A stretch of DNA of 64,000 bases from a virus, in the IMG/VR virus record IMGVR_UViG_3300028558_000001, positions 112,661 to 176,660 of that record; one strand, 5' to 3'. Made by a program: the position numbers and the translations under genes. A model generated the notes under the pieces. That model saw nothing but the letters and a program-made list of their open reading frames with translations, was not told the origin of the DNA and did not search any database. This document shows positions 1-8,722 of the stretch, one piece after another; the stretch's first letter is position 1, and every line of letters begins with the position of its first letter.

Positions 1-125
1 ACCATCTGTACATTAATGTCTCGTTCAAAGGGGAACCTGTTTTCCTGTTCCTCTATGTCCCATCCGTGATGTTGTTTCATTGAATATTCAGTAGTATAAT
101 AGTTGCTTAGACTATTATAGCTCAT
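1..125 (-). CDS. gp51: Baseplate hub assembly catalyst, gp51-like (runs off window edge)
   Basis: Not in ORF track; hand translation MSYNSLSNYYTTEYSMKQHHGWDIEEQENRFPFERDINVQM resembles the gp51 pattern (NYY...QHH...P.ERD); ATG overlaps the gp26 stop (ATGA). Confidence 0.8.
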   Translation of the reverse strand, partial: MSYNSLSNYYTTEYSMKQHHGWDIEEQENRFPFERDINVQM

Positions 126-838
126 AGAAAGTAAAAAAAATCCATAAATGTTGTTAATTCAATTTTACGATCAGTGTCTAGTGAATTCTTATACTTAATG
201 ACATGTTCAATGTTTGGAAGATTATTTAGGAAGGTCTGAATCTTTTCAAATGCCTTGGCATCTAGATTTTCTTCGATCCATGTAACTACTTCTTCCTTTG
301 GATATGAAGAAGGATCATAAACTGTATCGCCTTCATAAATTTTATCAATTGTATTGATAATTAATTCAAATAATGATTCATTAACATCAGTTAAGTTAAG
401 AAACTCTTTATCTTCATATAGAGAAGCGGCAGGATATTTTAGAGTTACAACAATGTCTTTTGTTACCTGAATCTTCTTATCGACGGTCTCAGGAAAATTG
501 ACGTGTAACTCGTCTAGAGGAATTTCAAAGTTATAAACTTTGTCGTCCATATTGTCCTTGAAGGCAGCTTTGATTTTATTGTTTACGGATGCGGCATATA
601 GCTTGAGATAGATATACTCAAGATCGAAAATAGCGATATTGTCAACGTTAAAGTCAGTATCAATAGCGCAGTTGTTGACGATCTGCTTTACAGCTAATAG
701 AACATCTGACACATTACCGGCAGTCTTGGCAATGAGAAGAATCTTCTCTTCCTTAACTAGGAATGGTCTGAACTTTGCTTTCTTTTTTGTTGAGGGAATA
801 TCAATATTAAAAATAGGATGTTTAATCTTAGGAAGCAT
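122..838 (-). CDS. gp26: Baseplate hub subunit/assembly protein, gp26-like
   Basis: N-terminal LPKI..P...IPST....FRPFLVKEEKILL and C-terminal DFF typical of T4-like gp26. Confidence 0.9.
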   Translation of the reverse strand: MLPKIKHPIFNIDIPSTKKKAKFRPFLVKEEKILLIAKTAGNVSDVLLAVKQIVNNCAIDTDFNVDNIAIFDLEYIYLKLYAASVNNKIKAAFKDNMDDKVYNFEIPLDELHVNFPETVDKKIQVTKDIVVTLKYPAASLYEDKEFLNLTDVNESLFELIINTIDKIYEGDTVYDPSSYPKEEVVTWIEENLDAKAFEKIQTFLNNLPNIEHVIKYKNSLDTDRKIELTTFMDFFYFL

Positions 839-856
839 TAAATAGAAACTCCAATA

Positions 857-1432
857 TTATGTTAATTGCAAACTCCAAGTAAAGTAGGAAATGCCTACAG
901 TTACTTTCATTAAATTAGAACCATTTTCCCAACTTAAAGGTATTTCTTCTAAGTATGTAGGAAACGCCTTATTTAATGTATGGGTCATGACTGGATTTCC
1001 CTCATTTTCAAAAGTCTTAATTGTTATACTAGTTGTATAATTGTCTTTATATGCTAATTGAAATGAAGGGATTCCTCCATTATTTATAGTAGAAAATTGA
1101 ATTATATAGTTTAACCACCCATAAAAGAAGTTGTATATTTCTCCATTGGCGTCTGAAATAAAGGATATTGTACTATCAGTATATGTTATATTATATGGCA
1201 TCTTCTGTGCTGGACCGATACCATAAATTAGGTTATCTCCAGTCTGTATTTTTAATCCCGGTAAAGCAGTATCACATGCCCTAAACGTCATTAGCTTAGC
1301 TAGATCAGATGATCCCATTGTAGAAATTTTACCTAACGCCGCATTAACAGGAATGGACACTTCAAATTTGTTATTTTGAAGTGTTCCATAATTTCCTATA
1401 TTTTGTTTAAATGCGTTAACGTCAAACGCCAT
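857..1432 (-). CDS. Baseplate tail-tube initiator (gp54/gp19-like)
   Basis: Start reassigned to MAFDVNAFKQ; tube-like motifs LPG, PY, AFP, L.W, V..SY..W. Confidence 0.7.
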   Translation of the reverse strand: MAFDVNAFKQNIGNYGTLQNNKFEVSIPVNAALGKISTMGSSDLAKLMTFRACDTALPGLKIQTGDNLIYGIGPAQKMPYNITYTDSTISFISDANGEIYNFFYGWLNYIIQFSTINNGGIPSFQLAYKDNYTTSITIKTFENEGNPVMTHTLNKAFPTYLEEIPLSWENGSNLMKVTVGISYFTWSLQLT

Positions 1433-1884
1433 TAAGGATGAACTTTCTGTACTAATGTTATAGCGGTATAACCATATTGACCGATCCACATTAATACAGC
1501 ACCGCCACCAACAGCTAACCAAATATATTTTGTTAGGGAATCAAGCTTGCTACCAAGAGAATCAATTTTAGTAGATAATACTTTAATGTCTTCATCTTTC
1601 TCGGTTAACTTCTTTTCTACGGTTGCGTAATGATCCTTGAGCTTATTATCTAGTTCTGTACGGCTTTTATCGAGTGAGTCTCTATAATTATTATTGTTCT
1701 GTTCGTGATATGCCAAACGCTGTTCGTGAACTGCTAATAGATTAGTTACATTAGATGAAACCTCAGTTAACTTATCTATCGTAATATCCATCTTTTCAAC
1801 TAGAATAGATATTTGTGCCATGTTTTTTTGAAGCTCCGATACGTCGTCTCGTATTTTTTCTACACGTTCTACTGACACGATCAT
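1432..1884 (-). CDS. Conserved T4-like coiled-coil protein with C-terminal transmembrane helix
   Basis: LLAVHEQRL motif, heptads, hydrophobic C-terminus. Confidence 0.6.
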   Translation of the reverse strand: MIVSVERVEKIRDDVSELQKNMAQISILVEKMDITIDKLTEVSSNVTNLLAVHEQRLAYHEQNNNNYRDSLDKSRTELDNKLKDHYATVEKKLTEKDEDIKVLSTKIDSLGSKLDSLTKYIWLAVGGGAVLMWIGQYGYTAITLVQKVHP

Positions 1885-2057
1885 GCCCCTTTTCTTTTTA
1901 TGATAGAGTAAAGAGGCTTCTTTTTCTTACGGGTGTCTTTTCCGGGTTCTGCTTGATTTGGAAGGTTAGGATTATTTACACCAATGCCAGCAACGTTTCC
2001 GCCGCCCGCACAATTTGTAGGAGTTCCATCCTCCGCTATTGTTTTTATTTTTGACAT
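1881..2057 (-). CDS. Small hypothetical late protein
   Basis: Hand translation MSKIKTIAEDGTPTNCAGGGNVAGIG...; fills the gap in the late operon. Confidence 0.55.
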   Translation of the reverse strand: MSKIKTIAEDGTPTNCAGGGNVAGIGVNNPNLPNQAEPGKDTRKKKKPLYSIIKRKGA

Positions 2058-2068
2058 TCCATTTCCCT

Positions 2069-2455
2069 TTATATTTTTCTTAATATGTCTATAATGCCAA
2101 CGTCCATAGGGACGGCGGCGGTTTCTATATGTACGCCCTTAATATTATAAACATATTCTGGTAAAATATTTAGAGTTAAGAGAAACGGTTTAATTAACTC
2201 TAAATATTTTTCCATTTTTAAAAATATAATTCTACACAACGCCTCTGGACCGAAAACATTATTTAGGATAATAAGGTGATTTAGAACTAGACGTTCATCT
2301 ATTAAACCACTTGTCTTATACTTAGTTAGTGTTTTCTTTATGTATTTAATGCGTTTTAAATCATCAAGAAATTCTTCTGTTGAATGACAATGAATATTAT
2401 CATATTTGTTTGCACAGTATAGAATGAAGTTATCGTCATTCAATTCAGGTATCAT
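2069..2455 (-). CDS. Conserved T4-like hypothetical protein
   Basis: EF.DDLKRIKYIK and RLVLNHLIIL.NVFG motifs recurrent in T4-like phages. Confidence 0.75.
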   Translation of the reverse strand: MIPELNDDNFILYCANKYDNIHCHSTEEFLDDLKRIKYIKKTLTKYKTSGLIDERLVLNHLIILNNVFGPEALCRIIFLKMEKYLELIKPFLLTLNILPEYVYNIKGVHIETAAVPMDVGIIDILRKI

Positions 2456-2459
2456 TTAC

Positions 2460-2747
2460 TTAAAATGCTCCTAGAGCTACTCTCTTTAATACATTGTTGG
2501 CTACTGCCACATAGAGATAATTTAAATCCATAAAAATAGACCCCTGTGAAACAGTGATTGAACTGTTCGCAGGGGTATTAGCAACATTAATTGAATTAGC
2601 AGTAGTATAGATATTACTAATTGATATTGTTTCTAACGCAGGGTTAGAAGGGTTAGCGAGTGAGACTAGAACTAGTCTGTCACTCGTCCCTGCTGTGTTA
2701 GCAATTGGTAATTGTGAAAATTTTATAGTATTAGTATTCGCGCTCAT
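2460..2747 (-). CDS. Hypothetical virion protein
   Basis: Asn/Thr/Ala-rich; C-terminal YLYVAVA.N..KRVAL. Confidence 0.55.
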   Translation of the reverse strand: MSANTNTIKFSQLPIANTAGTSDRLVLVSLANPSNPALETISISNIYTTANSINVANTPANSSITVSQGSIFMDLNYLYVAVANNVLKRVALGAF

Positions 2748-2760
2748 GCTACTTTATTCC

Positions 2761-3309
2761 TTATGGAACGTTAGCTGTAGCTTGAATTGTTCCTGCTGCA
2801 ACTAGTGTTTCATACTGTTTACGTCCTGCGCGACCACCAAATGTTAGTGAAAATGCTGCTAGAGTACCGTTTGCTGTACCGCCTGTTGAGTTGGCTACAA
2901 CTGCTGTTTCAGTACCAAGGAATCCAGAAGATGAACTTGTTAGTGTAACAGTATTAATAGTACCATTTGCATAGGTAGTAATAGCGCCTAGGGCAGGAGC
3001 ATTGTTTGTATCATATGATACAACCTTAGCAATGTCTAGATTTGAATAACCAGAACCACCATTAGTTACAGTAAACTTAGTGACTGGACCAGTGCCAGTA
3101 CGGACTAGAACCCAACCATCATGGGACATTTTAAATCCATTATTATTTGCTGTAGTTGAATTTGCTGGAAATACACCTACAACTTGGTTCTGTGTAAATG
3201 CATCTAGATTTGTATTAGAATACAAAGTATTACCACGCGCTTTGCTCGTAGCTAGAATGTGATACTTAGGTGCTGAGTTAGCGTTTGCTGTGTTTCCCCA
3301 AAGAGACAT
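2761..3309 (-). CDS. Hypothetical virion structural protein
   Basis: MSLWG...H.GWV...GTG...GRAGR..YETLVA pattern; late operon. Confidence 0.65.
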   Translation of the reverse strand: MSLWGNTANANSAPKYHILATSKARGNTLYSNTNLDAFTQNQVVGVFPANSTTANNNGFKMSHDGWVLVRTGTGPVTKFTVTNGGSGYSNLDIAKVVSYDTNNAPALGAITTYANGTINTVTLTSSSSGFLGTETAVVANSTGGTANGTLAAFSLTFGGRAGRKQYETLVAAGTIQATANVP

Positions 3310-3659
3310 TATTGATTTCCTTCTGTGTTGTTGATTATTTTGTCGAAATGAGCAATTTCTGAATCAGAAAAAGTCACATCAATATTTTCACGTACAGAAG
3401 ATTTCTTCTTTGGCTTTACGGACTTTTCTTTCTTTTCTTTGTCCTGTAAATTATCATCGTCTTTTTCTTCATTTCCGTCCCCATCGACACCATTAATTTT
3501 TGGGTCGGTTTCGACTTCTGTTTTTTCCGTTGGCTTCGTCTTAACGTCGCCTTCGTCTTTTTCTTCTTTATCAGTATCTTTAGCTTCTACTATCTTAGCG
3601 ATAGTATTTAGAAAATCTTTTGATACCAATTCTCTAATATCTGTAATAAAAATAGACAT
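3309..3659 (-). CDS. Highly charged hypothetical protein (possible head-internal protein)
   Basis: E/K/D-rich ORF downstream of ATAAATA motifs. Confidence 0.5.
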   Translation of the reverse strand: MSIFITDIRELVSKDFLNTIAKIVEAKDTDKEEKDEGDVKTKPTEKTEVETDPKINGVDGDGNEEKDDDNLQDKEKKEKSVKPKKKSSVRENIDVTFSDSEIAHFDKIINNTEGNQ

Positions 3660-3684
3660 TTGTTTCCCTATATAATAAAAACTA

Positions 3685-3700
3685 TATTTATTATATTTAT
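3685..3700 (-). promoter_or_regulatory. Tandem late promoter motifs (ATAAATA)
   Basis: Two TATTTAT on + strand just upstream of the late operon. Confidence 0.65.
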
Positions 3701-3721
3701 TGGAATCAAATGCCTATTAAA

Positions 3722-3919
3722 TTAAATAGCAATCTGTTTGAGGATTTTTCTTGCAGTACCGGGAGCTAGGTTTCCTTCATGTCTTGGGAGGGCGACAATT
3801 ATACAAAACTCAGGATGAGAGTAGATTTCATGCGGGCCACTGTTTCGTTTCAGGGACCATCCCTTTTTATAGAGAAGGGTTTTCATTTCTGATCGGGAGA
3901 ATTGAATATTAGTTTTCAT
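3722..3919 (-). CDS. hicA: HicA-family mRNA interferase-like protein
   Basis: 65 aa; L...GW...R..G.H..Y.HP.....V.LP.H...L..GT.R.ILKQ signature; start reassigned to MKTNIQ. Confidence 0.8.
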   Translation of the reverse strand: MKTNIQFSRSEMKTLLYKKGWSLKRNSGPHEIYSHPEFCIIVALPRHEGNLAPGTARKILKQIAI

Positions 3920-3920
3920 A

Positions 3921-4133
3921 TCAATTCTCCGTGGAAGGTAAGCCTTCGACGGTAAAGAACTTTGGAATCCAACCTTCAAATGCCTTACCATCCTTTAGGT
4001 TAGAAAGAACTTTGTTTGCGGCAGAATATGTAGGGAAGTTACCAAACATGATTTCAGAAGTCTTTTCATAGATAGCGAACTTGTTCTGATTAGTAGTTCT
4101 TAACTCATATACGTTTGTTAGGTTGTCCATCAT
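3921..4133 (-). CDS. Hypothetical protein
   Basis: Tightly packed ORF. Confidence 0.55.
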   Translation of the reverse strand: MMDNLTNVYELRTTNQNKFAIYEKTSEIMFGNFPTYSAANKVLSNLKDGKAFEGWIPKFFTVEGLPSTEN

Positions 4134-4441
4134 TCGTCTTCCCCTGAACGAAAATAAGTATCGGATTCTTTAATCTTATTATAAAGATTTACGATTTCTG
4201 TTTGAGTAGAATCATGTATATCTGATAACCAATTAATAAGTTTATTTCTCTTCTCTACTAAAAGCTGTATTCTCTGATACTCTGCTTCCCTTCGTGTAGC
4301 AAAGGTATTAGCGAAAGGGATATAATAACGATTTTCTAATTCATCGCCAACTAGGTATTCCTTAGCTTCATATTCTGTTCTAAGCACTTCGTATTTATAT
4401 AAATCGTAAGTAACATCTGCTATAAACCATACTGTAGACAT
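4130..4441 (-). CDS. Hypothetical protein
   Basis: ORF with AGGAG SD. Confidence 0.6.
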   Translation of the reverse strand: MSTVWFIADVTYDLYKYEVLRTEYEAKEYLVGDELENRYYIPFANTFATRREAEYQRIQLLVEKRNKLINWLSDIHDSTQTEIVNLYNKIKESDTYFRSGEDE

Positions 4442-4450
4442 GCTATTCTC

Positions 4451-4903
4451 CTAGTTTAAGTGGATTGTGGGTGGATCGTAGAGAAGTATTCCGGTTTCAT
4501 TTTCGAACTTTTCTTTATTATCTTCTGGAAGATAGATTGATGCTTGTACATACGACCTTTTAAAGTTTCTATTGAAACAATATAGATCGTTCAACCTTCC
4601 TCCATTTGTCATCAAAGAAAAACAGAATTCACCAAGAACTTTCTTTGATAACGATAATTTCTTACCGTCCTGACCAGCATCAGGAGTTACGTAATTCTTA
4701 CCATTACAAATATGAATTTTTTCAAACATATTGTACTGTTCACGAAATAACTGAAAAATTCTGGTAATCTTATCAGAGGTAGCTTTCTTTTTATTAAGAT
4801 AGTCTTTAACCATCATGGTAATATCCATATCATTCAAGTCTGGTTCAAGAATATCGAATAACGCATCCCACATATTAAAATATTCCTTAAATCTATTTAC
4901 CAA
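4451..4903 (-). CDS. Hypothetical protein
   Basis: 150-aa ORF ending in TAG. Confidence 0.55.
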   Translation of the reverse strand: MVNRFKEYFNMWDALFDILEPDLNDMDITMMVKDYLNKKKATSDKITRIFQLFREQYNMFEKIHICNGKNYVTPDAGQDGKKLSLSKKVLGEFCFSLMTNGGRLNDLYCFNRNFKRSYVQASIYLPEDNKEKFENETGILLYDPPTIHLN

Positions 4904-5061
4904 TGATGCACCACGTTTACTATTAGTATCAAATTAGTGACAATGTATACCAATACAATTCCACTTCTTATTAAAGCAACTTTATCGGATTCTGAATGGG
5001 AATGAGGCAAAGCCTTGTCTCCAAGGGCTTTGCTCCAATAATACCATATATTATCAATCAT
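4897..5061 (-). CDS. Small membrane protein
   Basis: Hand translation MIDNIWYYWSKALGDKA...DKVALIR...TN...HHW, a pattern recalled from T4-like phages. Confidence 0.55.
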   Translation of the reverse strand: MIDNIWYYWSKALGDKALPHSHSESDKVALIRSGIVLVYIVTNLILIVNVVHHW

Positions 5062-5070
5062 ACGTTATTC

Positions 5071-6501
5071 CTATGAGAAATTATCAAATAGACTTTTGTT
5101 GAATTTACCTTTCTTCCTAGAACGGTCATTATCCTGTTCTCCAAAGAAAGTAGAATCCATAACAGGTCTATCGTCCTGAATTACTCCATCCCCATCAACG
5201 AGCAAGTTCTGGGCTGAGTCGTCTACATTGTAGAGACGCATCTTAGACTTGTCAACTCCGACTACGAACTTATTATGTAGATCAAGAGAACCAAATCTAT
5301 TTTTCAATTGCTTGAATACTAATTGTCCGAGTTTTCTAAGTTCTTCATTCTCGATAATGCCAAGCATGAAGTCTACCGTAAATGGAAGACCAGCAGATTC
5401 GGAAGTATCGGCAAGTGTAGGATCGGAGGATGACATGCCCTGTCTATTATACTGAGTACCAGAAATAATAGGAACATTTGCTTCTACTGCAAGACCACGT
5501 AATTCTTCTGCAATAGCTTTAATGTAGGAATATGAGTTAACCGTTCCGCCCATCTTAATTCTAGATGAACAACAAATATTGATATAGTCAATATAGATAA
5601 CATCTGGAATGAACTTCTTTTTAATCTTTAGTTCGTTTAGAAGATAACGGAAATGGGAAGCCCCGGCTGATCCAGTTGGATATTCTTTGATAATAAGTTT
5701 GCCGGTTGTTTTCTTCTTAACTCTGGCGATCTTCTTGTTATACATTTCCTCTGGAATAGTTCCCATTTCGTCAAGAGGAATGTCGAGAAGGTTCGCGTCA
5801 ATACGTTCTGCAATTCTTTCTTCTGCCATTTCAAGTGTGATGTATAGGACGTTCCTACCATCCATTAGATTTGTAGCGGCCATGTGACACATAGCGCCGG
5901 TTTTAAACACGCCAGTACCGCCTAGAAGTACTGAGAGGGACTTGCGAGGCAATCCGCCCTTTGTGATCTTGTTTAGATAATCAATATCGAATGGAATACG
6001 TTCTTCGATCTTATGATAGAATTCATATCTCTGATTAAAATCTTCTAAGAAGTCATGTCCGATATTGGTATCAAAAGAAACTGCTAGGGCGTCTTGGAGA
6101 ATGCCGGGAATGGCATCCTTAGTTAATGTTGACTTCTCCTTTTCATTTAAAATTTTAATTGATGAATGAATAGCATTATAGATAGATTTGTCCTGACAGA
6201 ATGTTTCTGTTTGATCAAATAGCCAGTCTGTTGACGTTTTCTCGTCAAGCGAGAAGTTGGCGATCTTATCTTTGATTTCTTCAAATTGATCATCTGAAAT
6301 CTTACTTGAATTTGATAGGTCAATGGCTAGTGATTCCTGTGATGGGAATGAGCCGTACTTGTTAACGTATGTATCAATTAGTTCAAATAAAACTTTGTCT
6401 TGATAGTCTGAGAAGTATTCTGTTTTGAGGAAGGGGAAAATCTTTCTAGAATATGTTTCATTTAGTATTAGATTAGAAAAAATGATATTCTCGAAACTCA
6501 A
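5071..6501 (-). CDS. gp41: Replicative DNA helicase (DnaB-like)
   Basis: Walker A GGTGVFKT, ITLEMAEE, IDYINI, QLKNR. Confidence 0.95.
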   Translation of the reverse strand: MSFENIIFSNLILNETYSRKIFPFLKTEYFSDYQDKVLFELIDTYVNKYGSFPSQESLAIDLSNSSKISDDQFEEIKDKIANFSLDEKTSTDWLFDQTETFCQDKSIYNAIHSSIKILNEKEKSTLTKDAIPGILQDALAVSFDTNIGHDFLEDFNQRYEFYHKIEERIPFDIDYLNKITKGGLPRKSLSVLLGGTGVFKTGAMCHMAATNLMDGRNVLYITLEMAEERIAERIDANLLDIPLDEMGTIPEEMYNKKIARVKKKTTGKLIIKEYPTGSAGASHFRYLLNELKIKKKFIPDVIYIDYINICCSSRIKMGGTVNSYSYIKAIAEELRGLAVEANVPIISGTQYNRQGMSSSDPTLADTSESAGLPFTVDFMLGIIENEELRKLGQLVFKQLKNRFGSLDLHNKFVVGVDKSKMRLYNVDDSAQNLLVDGDGVIQDDRPVMDSTFFGEQDNDRSRKKGKFNKSLFDNFS

Positions 6502-6504
6502 TTA

Positions 6505-6747
6505 TTATCCTTCGTATGGTTGTTGTGGGATTGACTTAATTACCAGATTGATTGTTTTTACTTGATGTTCAATCGTAGAATTAATATAAGCTACCGCTTC
6601 TTCCTTTGAAGAAAACTGGTGATATGTGGCGTTGTTTGTCACAACGCCACTATCTGGATGCTCGGAGATAATTCTAAAATTAGTCTTAAAGTCATATAGA
6701 ACGTAGTCGAAAACAACGTACCACGTTAAGGCTAATTCATTACTCAT
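6505..6747 (-). CDS. Hypothetical protein
   Basis: ORF with AAGGAG SD between uvsX and gp41. Confidence 0.55.
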   Translation of the reverse strand: MSNELALTWYVVFDYVLYDFKTNFRIISEHPDSGVVTNNATYHQFSSKEEAVAYINSTIEHQVKTINLVIKSIPQQPYEG

Positions 6748-6776
6748 AATATATCACTCCTTCAAGTAATTGTCAA
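6748..6776 (-). promoter_or_regulatory. Sigma70-type promoter
   Basis: TTGACA-17 nt-TATATT. Confidence 0.6.
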
Positions 6777-7876
6777 TGCAACATTTGCTTTCCTGTAGAC
6801 CAATCTGGATCGGAGTCAGTATCAATTTCGTAGTCGGTTGGTTCAGACTCATAAGTATCATTATGAGAATTAACTAACTTGAACTTGTCAGATACGAACT
6901 TCGTAAACTTTGGATTGGCTAGAATATCATCCCAAAACTCGGCTGTATTTGTCGCACTTTCGCGAAGACTTGGTTCTGAGACAACCCCATCTTCATCTAC
7001 CTTGGCGTACCAACCAACTTTAGGTTTAACAACAATTCCGCAGTCAAGAGCTAGATCAAGTAGACCAGAATACTTCTGAATTCCCTTGTCATAAAGAACT
7101 TGGAATGGTAACTTGGAACGTTCCTTGACGAAACGGGACTTCTCTACATTGAGAGTAAAGTTCCAACCGACAATATCAGTTCCTACTTTTTCTTGTGCCT
7201 TAGAGATAATGAAAGCCTGATTGGCAGAATACATTAGTCCAGTACCACCAGAAATAATGGTTTTGCCATACATCTTCATTTCTTCATAAGTGTGACAGAT
7301 AGCAATACAAGGAACGTCCTTGGCTACGAGAGAGGGTGTTACCATACGGAACAGTCCCTTCATAACCTTTGCTCTTTGCATTTCTGCCTTGCTCTCACCA
7401 TCTAGAGCATCTTCTAGTTCCTTAAGAGAAGCAGTATTGCCTACTGAGTCAATTAGGAAGATTACCTTATCTCCACGATTGATTTCCTTTAACTGCTTAA
7501 CAATATCGTACTTAAGCATTTCAAGATGTTCAATCGGAACGTGCATAACACGTTTCGGATCAATGCCCTGAGATTCTAGATATTTTGGAGTAATTCCACC
7601 TTCTGAGTCATAGAAGATACAGACAGCATCTTCATACTTGCTTAAATAAGCTCTGACACATACTAGTGAGATATTTGTTTTGAATGTCTTACTTGGACCG
7701 GCAATGAGGGTTAGACCAGAAGATAGTCCACCATCAACTTCACCTGAGAACGCAATATTAACGATTGGAATATCGGTAGCAATTACGTCTTTATCATTAA
7801 AAAATTCGGATTCATCTAAGACAGAAGCAAATTTTGTTGGAGAGTTTTTTAATAGCCTCTGCATAAGTTTATTCAT
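6773..7876 (-). CDS. uvsX: RecA-like recombinase
   Basis: GPSKTFKT Walker A, YDSE, IDSVGN, SGGTG, EKSRFVKE. Confidence 0.95.
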   Translation of the reverse strand: MNKLMQRLLKNSPTKFASVLDESEFFNDKDVIATDIPIVNIAFSGEVDGGLSSGLTLIAGPSKTFKTNISLVCVRAYLSKYEDAVCIFYDSEGGITPKYLESQGIDPKRVMHVPIEHLEMLKYDIVKQLKEINRGDKVIFLIDSVGNTASLKELEDALDGESKAEMQRAKVMKGLFRMVTPSLVAKDVPCIAICHTYEEMKMYGKTIISGGTGLMYSANQAFIISKAQEKVGTDIVGWNFTLNVEKSRFVKERSKLPFQVLYDKGIQKYSGLLDLALDCGIVVKPKVGWYAKVDEDGVVSEPSLRESATNTAEFWDDILANPKFTKFVSDKFKLVNSHNDTYESEPTDYEIDTDSDPDWSTGKQMLH

Positions 7877-7940
7877 TTAGTTTCCTTTTGTTATGAGTTT
7901 ATTGTAGTTAATGTCCGTTCTCACGCGGACATACTATTTA

Positions 7941-8375
7941 TCAAACATCATAACCAAAACTCATCTTTGTCCTTTCTTTTAATGGCATACCTAACCATGT
8001 AAATTCATCAGAATCGTTACCCTCTAGAATATCTAGAAATCTAGCTGGCAACTTGACATTATCTAAGTCCATAGTTTCTTTGAATAGTGGAGCAATTTCT
8101 TCTGGAGTATAACCAGCAAGACCGCATCCAATTTCTGTAACCATAAAAGTAAAGACTCCATGAATTTTGGCGTCTTTGATAAATTCGTTTACATAGACTT
8201 TGATCTTATCTAGGTCTAGTGTTTTTAGTTTTCTATCTTTAGTTGGAATTGCATAGGAATAGCCTTGAATTCCTACGCCCTGACCAATGATAGCGCCATG
8301 ATTTTTATAGGCGAACAGAGCGGCACCCGCGCCATGTCTACCAGCTTCGTTAGAACCGAATACGAAAATGTTCAT
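7941..8375 (-). CDS. A1S_2505-family phage protein
   Basis: IFVFGSN.AGRHGAGAA...G.G..G.SYAIPT...VT.IGCGLAG. Confidence 0.75.
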   Translation of the reverse strand: MNIFVFGSNEAGRHGAGAALFAYKNHGAIIGQGVGIQGYSYAIPTKDRKLKTLDLDKIKVYVNEFIKDAKIHGVFTFMVTEIGCGLAGYTPEEIAPLFKETMDLDNVKLPARFLDILEGNDSDEFTWLGMPLKERTKMSFGYDV

Positions 8376-8377
8376 GA

Positions 8378-8707
8378 TTAATCCGTTGTGGTTGGAGTTG
8401 CCAAAGGTACTGCTTGATAGTGATCAAATAAACTACTCATATCATATTCAATATATTGTACTCCATGAGTTTCTTGGGGGATTTCAACAGTATATTCAGA
8501 ACTTAAATTCCTAGCTCCTTCCTGTACTGTAGTACGAACATATTCAATTGGTGGGGAATATTCATACTGGAGAGTAGCGCCACCACAGGGATTCTGCCCT
8601 GTTGGAAAAGGTTCACTAGTTTCCGTTACTTCGTCTACCCAAGCTATATTATATTTCTTTATTGGTGGCTCTATTACAGAATATTCAACTAATGGGTGTT
8701 TAAACAT
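8378..8707 (-). CDS. Hypothetical protein
   Basis: ORF with AAGGAG SD. Confidence 0.5.
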   Translation of the reverse strand: MFKHPLVEYSVIEPPIKKYNIAWVDEVTETSEPFPTGQNPCGGATLQYEYSPPIEYVRTTVQEGARNLSSEYTVEIPQETHGVQYIEYDMSSLFDHYQAVPLATPTTTD

Positions 8708-8722
8708 AATATTCTCCTTTTG

